A stretch of 64,000 nucleotides of DNA from contig NC_042999.1 of NCBI RefSeq assembly GCF_006345805.1, positions 93,744,001-93,808,000 of the forward strand. The letters are read 5' to 3'. This stretch comes from Octopus sinensis. Its lineage: Eukaryota. The notes beneath the pieces are model-generated. The model had not been told where the DNA came from, ran no database searches, and was given only the letters and a program-made list of their open reading frames with translations. Made by a program: the position numbers and the translations under genes. Shown one piece after another: positions 52,469 to 64,000 of this stretch. Each line of letters begins with the position of its first letter. Within the stretch, counting starts at the first letter, position 1.

Positions 52469-52470
<2 letters not shown>
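52297..52470. mobile_element. Family F mini foldback: ~36-bp arms, 19-bp loop, tail on the left
   Basis: 52371-52406 is the reverse complement of 52426-52462; between TA tracts. Confidence 0.85.
52383..52429 (-). ncRNA. Hammerhead ribozyme (family F)
   Basis: TTTC-CTGAAGA-TTTCTCTTGAAT-GAAA-CAGTTCTAGCCTG-TA-GAAG; GUA site; U-U mismatch at the base of stem II. Confidence 0.72.
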
Positions 52471-52501
<31 letters not shown>

Positions 52502-52508
52502 ATTATAT

Positions 52509-52564
<56 letters not shown>

Positions 52565-52830
52565 GGAGGCGCAATGGCCCAGTGGTTAGGGCAGCGGACT
52601 CGCGGTCGCAGGATCGCGGTTCCGATTCCCAAACCGGGCGTTGTGAGTGTTTATTGAGTGAAAACATCTAAAAGCTCCACGACGCTCCGGCAAGGGCTGG
52701 TGATCTCTGCTGTACTTTTTCACCACTCTTTCTCCCACTCTTTCTTCTGTTGGCCTGCTCGTTCGCCATAATGGCGAACGCATTGTGACCAGCAATGTGT
52801 GACAACATCTGATGGACTGGCCGGTCCATA
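52565..52830 (+). mobile_element. tRNA-derived SINE with a well-preserved tRNA-like head
   Basis: GGAGGCGCAATGGCCCAGTGGTTAGGGCAGCGGACTCGCGGTCGCAGGATCGCGGTTCCGATTCCC (A and B boxes), followed by non-tRNA body. Confidence 0.85.
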
Positions 52831-52889
52831 TATATATATATGTGTGTGTGTGTGCGTGTGTGTATGTGTGTGTGTGTATATATCATATG

Positions 52890-53159
52890 AGACAATCAGT
52901 TAGTTGCCATAATGATACTCAGAGTTTCAGGTGCCGGGGCTAAAAGACATTCTCATCAGTTATGAAGACAAAAACGCTATGTAAAGAAAAACGTAGAATA
53001 AGAGGCAGCTACTGTAATAGACGTACTGAAGTGAATAAAAGTAAAAGATATATAAAAAAAATACGGGAACATAATGATAGAAATCCTCGTTCATAAAATC
53101 TATACACGTACACATGTATATATACATATATATATATATATACGTACACACATACACAC

Positions 53160-53207
<48 letters not shown>

Positions 53208-54070
53208 ATATATACATATATATACAGATATATATATATATATATATATATATTTACGTGCATACGTATACACATGCATACATCCATACATGCACATACA
53301 GACGTATATGTTTCCATGCATGTATTATTATGCTCATAAACACATCTCTACACGCACACACATACGCATATACATATACATGCATTAAAATATATACATA
53401 TGAATATGAAAATACATACCAACATAGATACGTATATATGTTTATATAACTTCATCTTCACATAGAAAAATGTTACCATTTATCTTAGAACTTATATAAA
53501 TAAAAATACTGATATAAGACCGGAAACAATATACATATATTAACGTTCGTAGCAAGCATGTATGAATATACTTATACACAGGCACATACACACACGCAGA
53601 TAGACAAAACCACGCATAGGGGCATTTATACAAATGAAAACACATACACAAAAAATAAAACGTATACATATTCACATTCGCTGCAATCATACGCAATAAA
53701 TAAGACGTATACATATACATATTCGCCGCAAACATGAATAAACATATGAATTATATATATATAGGGGTGCATATATATACACAAATGCACCCTCCTGCAT
53801 CAAAACACCTACATCTGCAGATATGCAAGCGTATATACATAGACTTAAACTCGTATATATACTTACATTCGTACACATGTAAAAATGCACACATATACAC
53901 ATCTGATATATGCGTATACATACAAATACATATAAAATATAAAATATATAAGAAATGCTAAGCCACATGAAAGGCTTGTACATGGACACAATATAAAAAA
54001 GTAGGTTCTATCTGTGATCTTGGGTGACCCAGAAACGTAACAAGTATTTTGACATATGTGGACATGGTTG
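52890..54070 (-). mobile_element. PLE 3' end related to 18520-20490, with a decayed hammerhead at 52908-52964
   Basis: ORF terminus CPHMSKYLLRFW (54010-54065) is homologous to 19480-19530; CATAA-CTGATGA...GAAA-CTCTGAG-TA. Confidence 0.72.
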
Positions 54071-54208
54071 TCATATATTATATATTTATAGATAAATTCC
54101 TCTATTTACATAAAATCGAAGTCTCATTCAGTTTTTGTCATATTATTATTAATATATATGTCTGTGTATATATATATACATATACATATATATACATGTG
54201 CATATATA

Positions 54209-54245
<37 letters not shown>

Positions 54246-54513
54246 GTGTGTGTGTATGTATATACATATATGCACACACACACACATGTTTACCACTATA
54301 AAATGGCTGTTCTATAGACAACTATGTTTCTACATTTTAATCTCATGTATAGAACAGCCTTGTTTTAGTGGCAAAGTTACCGTTTACTATTTTTACTACT
54401 TATATCTCGTTTAGTGATTTTATAACTAGTTACTTTGCCCGTCATGTATACATATACATACATACATATATATGTATATTTATGTATGTATATATATATA
54501 TATAATATATATA

Positions 54514-54546
<33 letters not shown>

Positions 54547-54559
54547 GATATATATATAA

Positions 54560-54910
54560 TGCAATACGAATGTGTTACTTTCTTGTAAAAGACAGCCCAT
54601 AAGGGTAGAATTATACATATAAAAGTAGATAATTGTACAACAAGGCACCAATATTTACTAGAAAATAGCAATCGTAATAAATACGACGGTATTGTATAGC
54701 TTCACTGCGTTTATACTAGCAAAGATGCGTGTGTGCAACAAACATGATAAAAATTTGTCTTACCTCTAGGAAAAAATCTGATAAATGGAAAGCTTGACTC
54801 TTCAAATACGTTTGATAACGTAAATTTGATTAGTCTTCATCAGCTGCACTTACCTAGACAAGATTTCAAATGTTGCCACATCAATACCAGTTAACGTTTT
54901 GGCGTTCAGA
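54560..54910 (-). mobile_element. Second family M copy; the GAAA/cleavage half of the hammerhead is deleted
   Basis: Aligns with 33545-33800 and the 34030-34128 tail. Confidence 0.8.
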
Positions 54911-54926
54911 CGAATATATATATATA

Positions 54927-56056
54927 CCAAGGCTGTGAAGATTTTAGAACATTTATAAATGGGTTTTACAGCTGTTTCCAGGATATTTATTATATCTCCT
55001 CATCGGAGACGGTGTGCGAAAATGATTAATATTTAATTTAGATTAGATACGAAATAGATAGTGAAGTGGAGGAATGAAAATAGATGTGAGATATGCAAGG
55101 ATATTGCATTTATAGATCCATTATTTAGGCAGAATGGTATACATATACGATTCCAGAACATTGTGAGTAAAATCCAATAGTATCTAAAATTCTGGTCATT
55201 CCAAGTATAGAGTTTGTACACAGTGCTATTGAATCAAGGGTTTTGATTAAAATGACCTAAAAGTAGGGAATGTATTTGTAAGGTCAAATAGAAAACAGGA
55301 AGAGAGGAATAAAGAAAAGAAAAAAAGAAAAACAAGGAGAGAGATAACACGGGTAAGTTTACCAGTTAGTAGTCAGTCAAAATAATTTGAAACTAAGAAT
55401 GGAGTGATGAGGGTGATAGAGAAAGATATTAGAGTGTAAAAAGATAGAAGAAATGGGGTAATAAAGAGAGAGGTATAAAAAGTAAAGGAGTGTCAAATAT
55501 GTAGTGATAGAGTCTAAGTGATTGGGCAGAGAGAGGGGTAATAGTATAGAATGAAGAATTTAGGAATATAGATTAGGTGTTTGGACTGGTCAGTTTTTAG
55601 TAGTAGAAGAAAATATATATGTGAAGATGTATACATATATATGTATTTATACAGATATTTATACATATCAATATCAACATATACAACTCGTACTCATATG
55701 TATATGTACACGTGCGCACCCATATATATGTGTATCTGTATGCATTATCGCCCCTGTATACACAGGTACACACACCTTACATGCATACATATATTCATAC
55801 ATACACTCATACATACACGCATAAACACACATACATATACACGCGCATATGCATGTCCACATATACGCACGAATATAATTATATGGTTTTGATATTCGAG
55901 TATGAGTGAGGAATTCACTCTCTATTTCGTATCCTATCGAAATTAACTATTACTTAACCATTTTCTCACACCGTCTCTGATGAATGGATATAATAAATAT
56001 GGAAACAGATGCAAGAGATTCTATTTGTAAATGTTCTAAAATCTTCATAGATTTGG
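54927..56056. mobile_element. Family H older foldback, ~140-bp arms with a decayed hammerhead in each (54963-55010 minus; 55974-56016 plus)
   Basis: Arms 54927-55065 / 55914-56056; CCGATGA...GAAA-CAGCTG-TA and CTGATGA...GAAA-CAGATG-CA. Confidence 0.78.
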
Positions 56057-56228
56057 TTTGTTATCTCATTCTGAAAAAATATTATATATACACACGCTGA
56101 TATATGACCAACGTTGGACTCCTTATTCGCATAATCACCAAACCTGGACCTTAGCTATGTTCTAACTATAGCACTTACTCAGCATTACCTGACACATTTG
56201 GGTCTTACAGACACCATTGCCTCTCATA

Positions 56229-56282
<54 letters not shown>

Positions 56283-56574
56283 AAGGAAAATAAGACTAGA
56301 TAGAAACTACTAAAATAATTTTATCATGAAATACCTTTTGTTATGAATAGTACCGGTTCCTGTCTTTTCAATTTTTTCTACTATGTGTAAAGCGAAGGTC
56401 GATAATAATTTTAAAAAGCAATTAAATTGAAGAACATATTAAATGAAATATTTTGTATTTCCATAATCTTCAAACACGTAGGACGCTTTCCTTTTGGCAT
56501 TCTGTTTGTTTGTATCTGTCTGTGTCACTCTCTCTCTCTCTCTCTTTTCTTTCATAACCACTCGTAAGGTAGGT

Positions 56575-56770
56575 AGTAGCAGATCTGTCTTGGACAGTAA
56601 AAGAGACGAGCATGGTCCAGATGAATTGGCTCATAATTAGCATATGACTGTAGACGTGAAATCACAATTGGGTGATAGAACTTGCTCAGGTAGTGAACGG
56701 TAGAAGGGGCATCGAAATGGATATTGCACGATACAAATAAGACGATGATACTCTTTGGAACGCAGAATTG
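56575..56770 (-). pseudogene. L2/CR1-type LINE endonuclease fragment
   Basis: IIVLFVSCNIHFDAPS...LQSYANYEPIHLDHARL resembles II.GDFNIH.D.PS...LQ.V..PTH..GHTLDL. Confidence 0.5.
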
Positions 56771-58499
56771 CTGTTAGAAGAGCAGAAATATTGGGTAAAT
56801 TACCCTTACATGTGTAGTACATGTGCAACAGACCTGAAGCACCTAAGCTATTATATCTACACCTGATGACAGTAAGCTTGTTTTTTTTAATTTGGGGAGG
56901 AGCCAGAAGTCACACGGTGCTATGTCAGGTCTGCTACCATATGAACCTTCACAAAGGAAAAAAAAGAGACAGGAAGAAAAATGGAGAAAGTTCTATCTAT
57001 TTGAAAACTATAGACATATTTGCAAGGCAAATCATTTTATTTTTACTTCAATTTTATTGGATTTTTTTCTTAATTCATATCCACCTTTGTTTTACTTTTA
57101 GTTGAAAAAGTAAAAGCAAAACATTACAAAGTGTATCTCATGATAAAATTTACTTTAACATTTTCTACAATGTCTTATTTTCCTTATACATATCAACTTG
57201 TATGTCACATTTCAACATTCTACGAATATGTATGTATATATTTACGTATGCATGTATGGATGTACGATATTGTGAACGACTCTGTGGAACGCTTCACTGA
57301 GATCAAGATATAGACTTACACACACACACACACACACACACAAACCTCTTACCATACAGCAATATATACTATGTAGTTCACTATATAATCGCTTCTGACT
57401 GGAAATGCTGTTTTAATCAGGATATTTACTGAGATAATTTACATGAAGTTAGAATATATGTAGTATTGTGATATAAGTATATGTTTGTATATATGTTTAC
57501 ATGTGTGTACATAGATATGTATATATGTGTGTGTGCGTATGTGTGTATATAAATACATGTATATCTACACACATGTATACATATATATATATATGTATAT
57601 TTTATCAGATATTGCATAATTATGATCCCTGTCAGAAAATATTTTAACGTAAAAAGTATTTCCATTAGTAATGATGAAAATTGACTGAATTTAAAGCAAT
57701 AGTATGAGGGAATAAAAATCTTATGCATCTCTAAATAATTGCAAGATTTTCTCCACCGGTCTCCTTTCATATGATGACTTAATATATTTCATTATACCAT
57801 TGCCTTAAACATGAATTATTTCAGTTTTCAGAGATGGTTCTTCATATGTTTCTTTTGTTCTGTTGGAGCAGATACCATGCAGGAATTTTCGGTATTTGAG
57901 CTTAATCAAAATACTTGCCATTGACAGTAGGGCCTATAGAACAATGTAATTGTCAAATACTGGCATCAATGTCATTGAATTATCCTTGCAAAATAGATTA
58001 ATCTTTCTTTATATATAGGATTGTTTATGAAATTGCTCAGTCACCTAGTTTTTTTATTTTTGTTTTTGAATAACAATGTGGTCACATGGGATATTTTTAT
58101 GCAGCGAACATAAAAACATTTTCTGATTATGAATTCATTGTACATATATTTTTGCTTGATACATATGACGTGATTTTATCTGTAGATTATCATACCTTTT
58201 AACAATTCTGTTATTTCATTATATTACGCCGATGAACATAAATTCATACCACTACGTTGTGTTAATATATCTTACTACTATAATGTAACAGATATTTTAG
58301 ACACTGGTTATGGTTATCTCTCAGGAATTCTTGACATAATTTGTGTATGGAACTTAACAATACGCAGCATTACTTCATTTCTTATATATTTCCCTGTGAT
58401 ATGCGTTTTGGGTATTAGAAACTCAATACACGTATTAGAGTACTTTGAGCCAATAAACACAAACACAAGCATGTATCAGAATGAATGCACATGCAAACA

Positions 58500-58564
58500 A
58501 AAGTATATATATATACATACATATATATATAGAAATATAGAAATATATATATATATATATATTC

Positions 58565-58646
<82 letters not shown>

Positions 58647-58654
58647 TATACTTA

Positions 58655-58690
<36 letters not shown>
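58500..58690. repeat. Interrupted (TA)n tract
   Basis: Directly visible. Confidence 0.97.
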
Positions 58691-58691
<1 letters not shown>

Positions 58692-59135
58692 GTATACCTA
58701 GATACACACACAATACATATGTACAGAAGTTTAGATGGGCACACGCACGCACACAAGCATGCAGATACACACAGACATACATGCGCATGCTCACATACAC
58801 ACACACATACATGCAAACGGACACATTTATTGGCTAACATGTAGACAAGCATCATGTGAGGCACTTTCCCTTCTTATTTATATTTCTTCTCTTTTCTCTT
58901 TTAATTGTATTTCCTCGTTAGGAGAATAGAATGCAGTAAACGTCATAACAATTAGCTCTTCGTATATACCTAAGCGAGAGAGAGGGAGAGCGAGAGAGAG
59001 AGAGAGGGAAAGAGAAAGGGAGAAAAAAAGAAATTGAGAGAAGAGTGATGTAACATAATAAGTATCATACAAGCTATATTCTTGCTATTTTAAAACCACC
59101 AATCTTCAGTTCAAGAGAAGACTAACTAACTCCTT

Positions 59136-59477
59136 GTGACAATGCGAACAACATCAAATGAGGAAAGGAGTTTACTCAATAATCAAGCATTTCTAGAATC
59201 TGACATACCATTAAGGGAAATGTTATCTGATATTCTGGAACCACTTGACTCTTTTTTCGAAGTCGATAGTCGTCTTCAGTTTAACAATTGTTCTTACTTA
59301 ACTCAAGCAGATGAGATACTTAGAGATGTAGAAAATATAAGGAACACCATTTTGACGACATTGTGTAATATGCATAAGTTGAACAAACTTGAACTGAGAG
59401 AAACAATACAGTGTTGCTATTATAAAACTATCGTGCGAAGTTCCTTGCTTCCATGTAATACACTGTTACATATATAA
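59136..59477 (+). CDS. 113-aa non-repetitive ORF; possible exon of an unidentified gene
   Basis: Protein-like composition (LLNNQAFLESDIPLREMLSDILEPLDSFFEVDSRLQF...); no homology recognised. Confidence 0.35.
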   Translation: MTMRTTSNEERSLLNNQAFLESDIPLREMLSDILEPLDSFFEVDSRLQFNNCSYLTQADEILRDVENIRNTILTTLCNMHKLNKLELRETIQCCYYKTIVRSSLLPCNTLLHI

Positions 59478-60774
59478 AAGCATTTGTTATATATTGATGT
59501 TTACGGATTTGGGATATGGATTCAACATCCTTTGTGATAGCTGTTTGAAATTTATTTATTCGGACATGATATGTAATATTCTGCTCATGCGTTTTGAAAA
59601 TAATCATTTAATGAAATAAATTAATGATATTCTGTAAAATATCAAAAGATTGAACGAATCTGAGTGAAGGAATGTTTAGGCAACATGAAGGCGTTGATGC
59701 AAATAGCGATCAACAATAGAAGCATTACATTTCCTAGAATTGTTTAAGCATTGAAAGCTTATTGGTTCAATAAATACCGATAATTATAAGAGCACTAATA
59801 TAAAGAAGACGACTGGAGACATATGGCGATGATAACAAATTGTGGCTTCATAAATAGAGACAGTTGTTAATTCGAAATTACGAACCCAAACATCTCCAGC
59901 TTTATAAAATTAAGGGAATGTGTGGATACCATAATTCTCGTTGTCAATAACTTACTTTCTTTTCCCAACATATTTAATTTCAAAACAACGAACGTAGAAC
60001 CTGTACATTCTCTTCCTATATCAGTTACACCATTTTCAGAGTGCTCATTTCCTCTTTAATTGATTAAACACTCGGTACAATTGCTGTTTCTGACAGTTTT
60101 CTTCATTGTGTATGTGTGTGCAATTGTCTATAAATTGTGCTGAAATCTTTCAGTCTACGAAAAGTGAATTGGCATTACGATATTTTTATATAACACCTAA
60201 GAAAGGGCTGAAACGTTTCAACAAATTAGAGAAGGTAAATTTATATTAATTATTTCAAGACATTTCGATTATATAATGAGAGAGATTTCATTAGCAATCT
60301 AACAATATTCTGCGAGGTAAATATGTGGACAAAAAATGTTTGTTGGAATACACTACTTTGTACAATATTTAATTTTCCAGCTTTGAGTTTCGACTTGATA
60401 AACAAATTATCAGTAATACTCAAGAGAAGGATTCAATCGAATTTATCATTCTTCTGAAAAATATAGGCCTTTTCCTTGAAAAAATAATAAAAGAAATATA
60501 AATAACAAAGAGAAATAAAAGTACAATATGACGTACAAATATTCAAGAAGAATTTAATAAAGAAATGGAACCATAACCCAATGATTATCGATGGAATAAT
60601 TTATCTCGATCTATTTCTTAGGCACATGGCTTGTTGTCAGTGAGATAAAACTTTGATAGCGTCTGTAGAATTTTTGTAAATGTTAAAATTAAATGGAATC
60701 AATCTTCACAAGTTTCTTCAATAACATTAATTTCACAGTTCTGCGCAATCATTAGAAAAATAACTACATTTCAG

Positions 60775-61108
60775 ATAAATATCGACATGTAAATCGTTGC
60801 AGGATAAACGGCACCGTTCTTCTTCATTCATATTATGAACTTCGTAACTATACTGTAAACTCTATGAGTAAGATTACAATCTAAGAATGGTTTGTGAAGG
60901 AAATTGATATAATTCATTACAGGCAAAGCGATACATCATCGAGGGAACTAAATCCAGCCTATTGTCACGTGCTAACTCTTGATGACGTGATGAGATTTAT
61001 AATTACCGGTTGGTCTTCACTGTTTCAGGAGAACAAATGTTAAACGACATGCTTAACTATATCAAAGTGGTAATGGATACTATCAAGCTGGCAGCTTTCA
61101 TTCAACCT
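60775..61108 (+). CDS. Two phase-compatible candidate exons (60775-60843; 61029 to 61069 or 61108)
   Basis: TTTCAG acceptors and GT donors; reading KYRHVNRCRINGTVLLHSYYEL-R-EQMLNDMLNYIKV(VMDTIKLAAFIQP). Confidence 0.3.
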
Positions 61109-63179
61109 GTAAATTACAATTTTCTCAGATTTATAAATGGCTATTTTCATCAGTTTCACAAAGTTTTGGAGACTTTGAGTATGTCTCACATGTATCTTCC
61201 TGGAATGTTTTCAGATTAATTTCCTTATTTACTTTTTTATTGACTAATCGCAAATAGCTATGGCTAGACAGCTACAATTAAAATAACGCTGGGCACAGCA
61301 ACTGAAAGTGAGTGATTATTTTACTGTGAGTTCATACACCACGAGCATTGATAATGTACTAAGACAGACTACACTGAAATTTGGATGAAACATAGATGTT
61401 ATGACTAAGCAGTACGAACGCTAAAGTGACTTGCATTATTTATTTGTAGAATGTAAATTTTGGATTAGACATCCTCGACCTTTGATAAGTATAATGTCAA
61501 TACGGTATGTGAAATGAATTCTTGTAAAAGCAATCTTCAAAATGTCCCGATTCCACAGATAGATATCCTTTCATTGGAGCTACATATTTAATGCATACAC
61601 AATAAAACAAATCATAAAATACTAATCATAAAACTCCTTATTACATAGTAAGTTGCAGTTGTGATAGAGATTTAAGGGTAGTAAAATATGTAAACTTAAT
61701 TCGTTTCATCTTCAATTGGAATTCTTATAATTAGCTTTTAATACCCGTCACTTAATTGACAGGTAATTGGTTGCAGAATTTAGTATACGTGATTGACTGC
61801 ATATGTATGAAAACGTTTGAGACAAAAATAAGTGAGAACTAGCTGATAAGAATATTGTGGAGATATTTTATAATGTATTTTTGTTGTCAAGTAAATGTTC
61901 ATAATATATTTCTCGAAACTAATTTTATAGTACAGATCTTCGGATCTATGCAGTAAACGATTATCTTATGTTTTTCAAAGGCTTATTAGATTGCTGCAAT
62001 TCTATTTCACACCACGTGGTAGTTAAGTCTTTCACGATTAAGAGGGGTGAAATTCCGAGTGTTAGAAAGTTGTTAAGAGAGAATTTGCAGAGGTTTAAAT
62101 CTACTTGAAATACTATAAATATATATATACTGCCAGCACAAAATCTAAAATAGAGATAGATCCTACCGTGAGGGGCTTTGAAATTAAGATTTCAAAATAA
62201 ATTATCCTTACTTCATCTCAGGCATCACATTGTACTGCTGGTAGTATTGAATATTATATCATATCAATTCTGCAACCTGTAATTTCATGATTTGAATTAC
62301 AACAAGTACTAAAACATATACTACTCTCATCAATATTATTTCAAATTTGAATTTTTTTCGAAAAGTATTCGATTTATTTGTGTGAATCACTTCAGTTTAA
62401 TGCTTCCGTATAACTCAATAAAATTAATGTAATTTCAAGTAATGATAATCATTCTGTATTTGAATCATGACAATGATGAGCACACATATGGAATAGAGAG
62501 TAAGCGAAACAAAAAATGGCAGGTGTTTGTCTGGGGATAATGATACACAGTTGTTTTTTCTTGCCTGCAATGAGCATCCATATAAATGGCTTGTGCATAG
62601 CTGTTTTGTTGTTAGCTTGTACATGTTTGCATCATCTTTCAATACGATTTTATTTCGGAGCCACATTTCTAATCTGTATTTCTCAGCATGGTTGAATCCA
62701 AACAAAGTTATATTATGACTGATTAAACAAATCGCGCAAACACACCATGATGCATTGTAATGCTAAAGCTATATGATGATCCAACTATGTACGCACTACA
62801 CTATTTGGGGAGAACAAGATACATTACAACACACGCACATATATATTCACAAATACACACACACACTCACACACACACATGAATGTTACATTTGTTATTT
62901 CTGTTAAAATGCCATTTCATCACATAGATGAATATAACAACATGTAAAAATGAGTCACAAGTTCTTAGATGTTAGGATGCAATTTGGAACACAAATATGA
63001 ATATTTACATTTAAGCTGAGTATAAAGTCTACAGTTCACGTTGAATATCTGAACATGTCTTCACATTCTACTCCTTCTCAGTAAATAACCAACGCAGACA
63101 TCTGAAATCAAGTAGCTATCGTGGGGAAGGTATAAGAACGCTTGCTGTTCTCAAGTTAATTTTAGCATTATCCAATAAA

Positions 63180-63410
63180 CCACCACAGTTATAAACGAAT
63201 GACTAAGGTTTGAGCTTCTCTAACCGATCCTTTCAAACATAACCACTCATGATGTCTGTCGTGCTTCAATTTTCGCAATACATTGATTTGATTAGAGACC
63301 ATAGCTGACATATATAATAAATGGGACGAGAGGCAACGATAAAAAATGGGGATAATGGCAGATATGTAACCTTTAAAGTGTATGTAGGCACTCCAGCTTA
63401 GATTGTTATA
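63180..63410 (-). pseudogene. Possible RTE-like RT C-terminal remnant
   Basis: FYRCLSSHLLY...VSNQINVL and, in another frame, IAKIEARQ resemble F..CLR.IL.I.W...VSN..VL...I..RQL.W. Confidence 0.4.
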
Positions 63411-63416
63411 TATCAA

Positions 63417-63472
<56 letters not shown>

Positions 63473-63524
63473 ATATGTAAATATGTATATATATATGTAT
63501 ATATATATATATATCAAAGATAAT

Positions 63525-63875
63525 AATAATAATGTCTCGACTCGGCTCCTTCGGTCACGAATGACCATGGGTGCACCTAAGAGGTCTCCCTCCGGGGTAC
63601 AAGTCTGGGCGGAAAATCGCCTCACCGGCGAATGCAGAAACTAGTGCTGTTTTTATGGAAGACCAGCAGTCACCCATGCATAGCAGCATTCTCTCCCCAT
63701 GACACCGATGTTATCCAAGGCAAAAGCTGATACAGTTTGACGCCAGTGACGTCGCAATGCATTTCTACTGCTGAGTGAACTGGAGCAACTTGAAATAAGG
63801 AACACAACACGCAGCCCATCGACTCACAACCTGTTTCTGTTGAGAGTAAATAACGTACCACTGAGCCATGCGCCT
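63525..63875 (-). mobile_element. Decayed tRNA-derived SINE
   Basis: tRNA-like head at the right end (reverse complement of ACCACTGAGCCATGCGCCT) and core GGAGCAACTTGAAATAA. Confidence 0.75.
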
Positions 63876-64000
63876 TCATAATAATATAAATTTATCCTAT
63901 TGTAATTAAGTAATTTTTTACAATTTTGGGATCAAGAGGTAGTGAGACTATAGAGCCTTGCTTCGGTTGAGAGTAAATAATATAAATTTGTCAAGGAGGA

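Noticed and set aside
52565-52635. tRNA-like sequence with a TCG anticodon-like loop
   Set aside because: It continues into a SINE body also seen at 30.7 kb and lacks a clean acceptor stem; treated as a SINE head, not a tRNA gene.
59250-59285. Minus-strand CTGAAGA...GAAA inside the 113-aa ORF; similar chance hits at 11555, 21899, 42242, 42350 and 61146
   Set aside because: Stems I and III do not pair.

Overview
AT-rich animal non-coding DNA, most likely from an octopus (inferred from the dense (TA)n/(GATA)n/(CA)n microsatellites and the tRNA-derived SINE families). I found no intact protein-coding gene, only low-confidence candidate exons. The window holds decayed transposon relics: a CR1-like RT, a restriction-like-endonuclease LINE tail, L1/Tx1 and L2 endonuclease fragments, an RTE fragment, Helitron pieces, Tc1/mariner pieces plus a MITE, and Penelope-like (PLE) GIY-YIG fragments. 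The main signal is in RNA structure. About 20 hammerhead-ribozyme (HHR) motifs from about 11 unrelated repeat families occur here, folded by eye, several with core substitutions. Most sit in foldback elements whose 3' ends point outward into (TA)n tracts. Three items stand out. (1) One repeat family carries a non-circularly permuted hammerhead (UH-cleavage segment, then GAAA segment, then CUGANGA segment), supported by compensatory changes across five loci. (2) Two unrelated ~480-500-nt units, each with one intact long-stem-II hammerhead, are integrated as longer-than-unit, circularly permuted copies, as expected for reverse transcription of circular or multimeric retrozyme-like RNAs. (3) There is a near-perfect palindrome with 865-bp arms and ribozymes at both ends. 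All coordinates and pairings were read manually; no folding program or database search was run.
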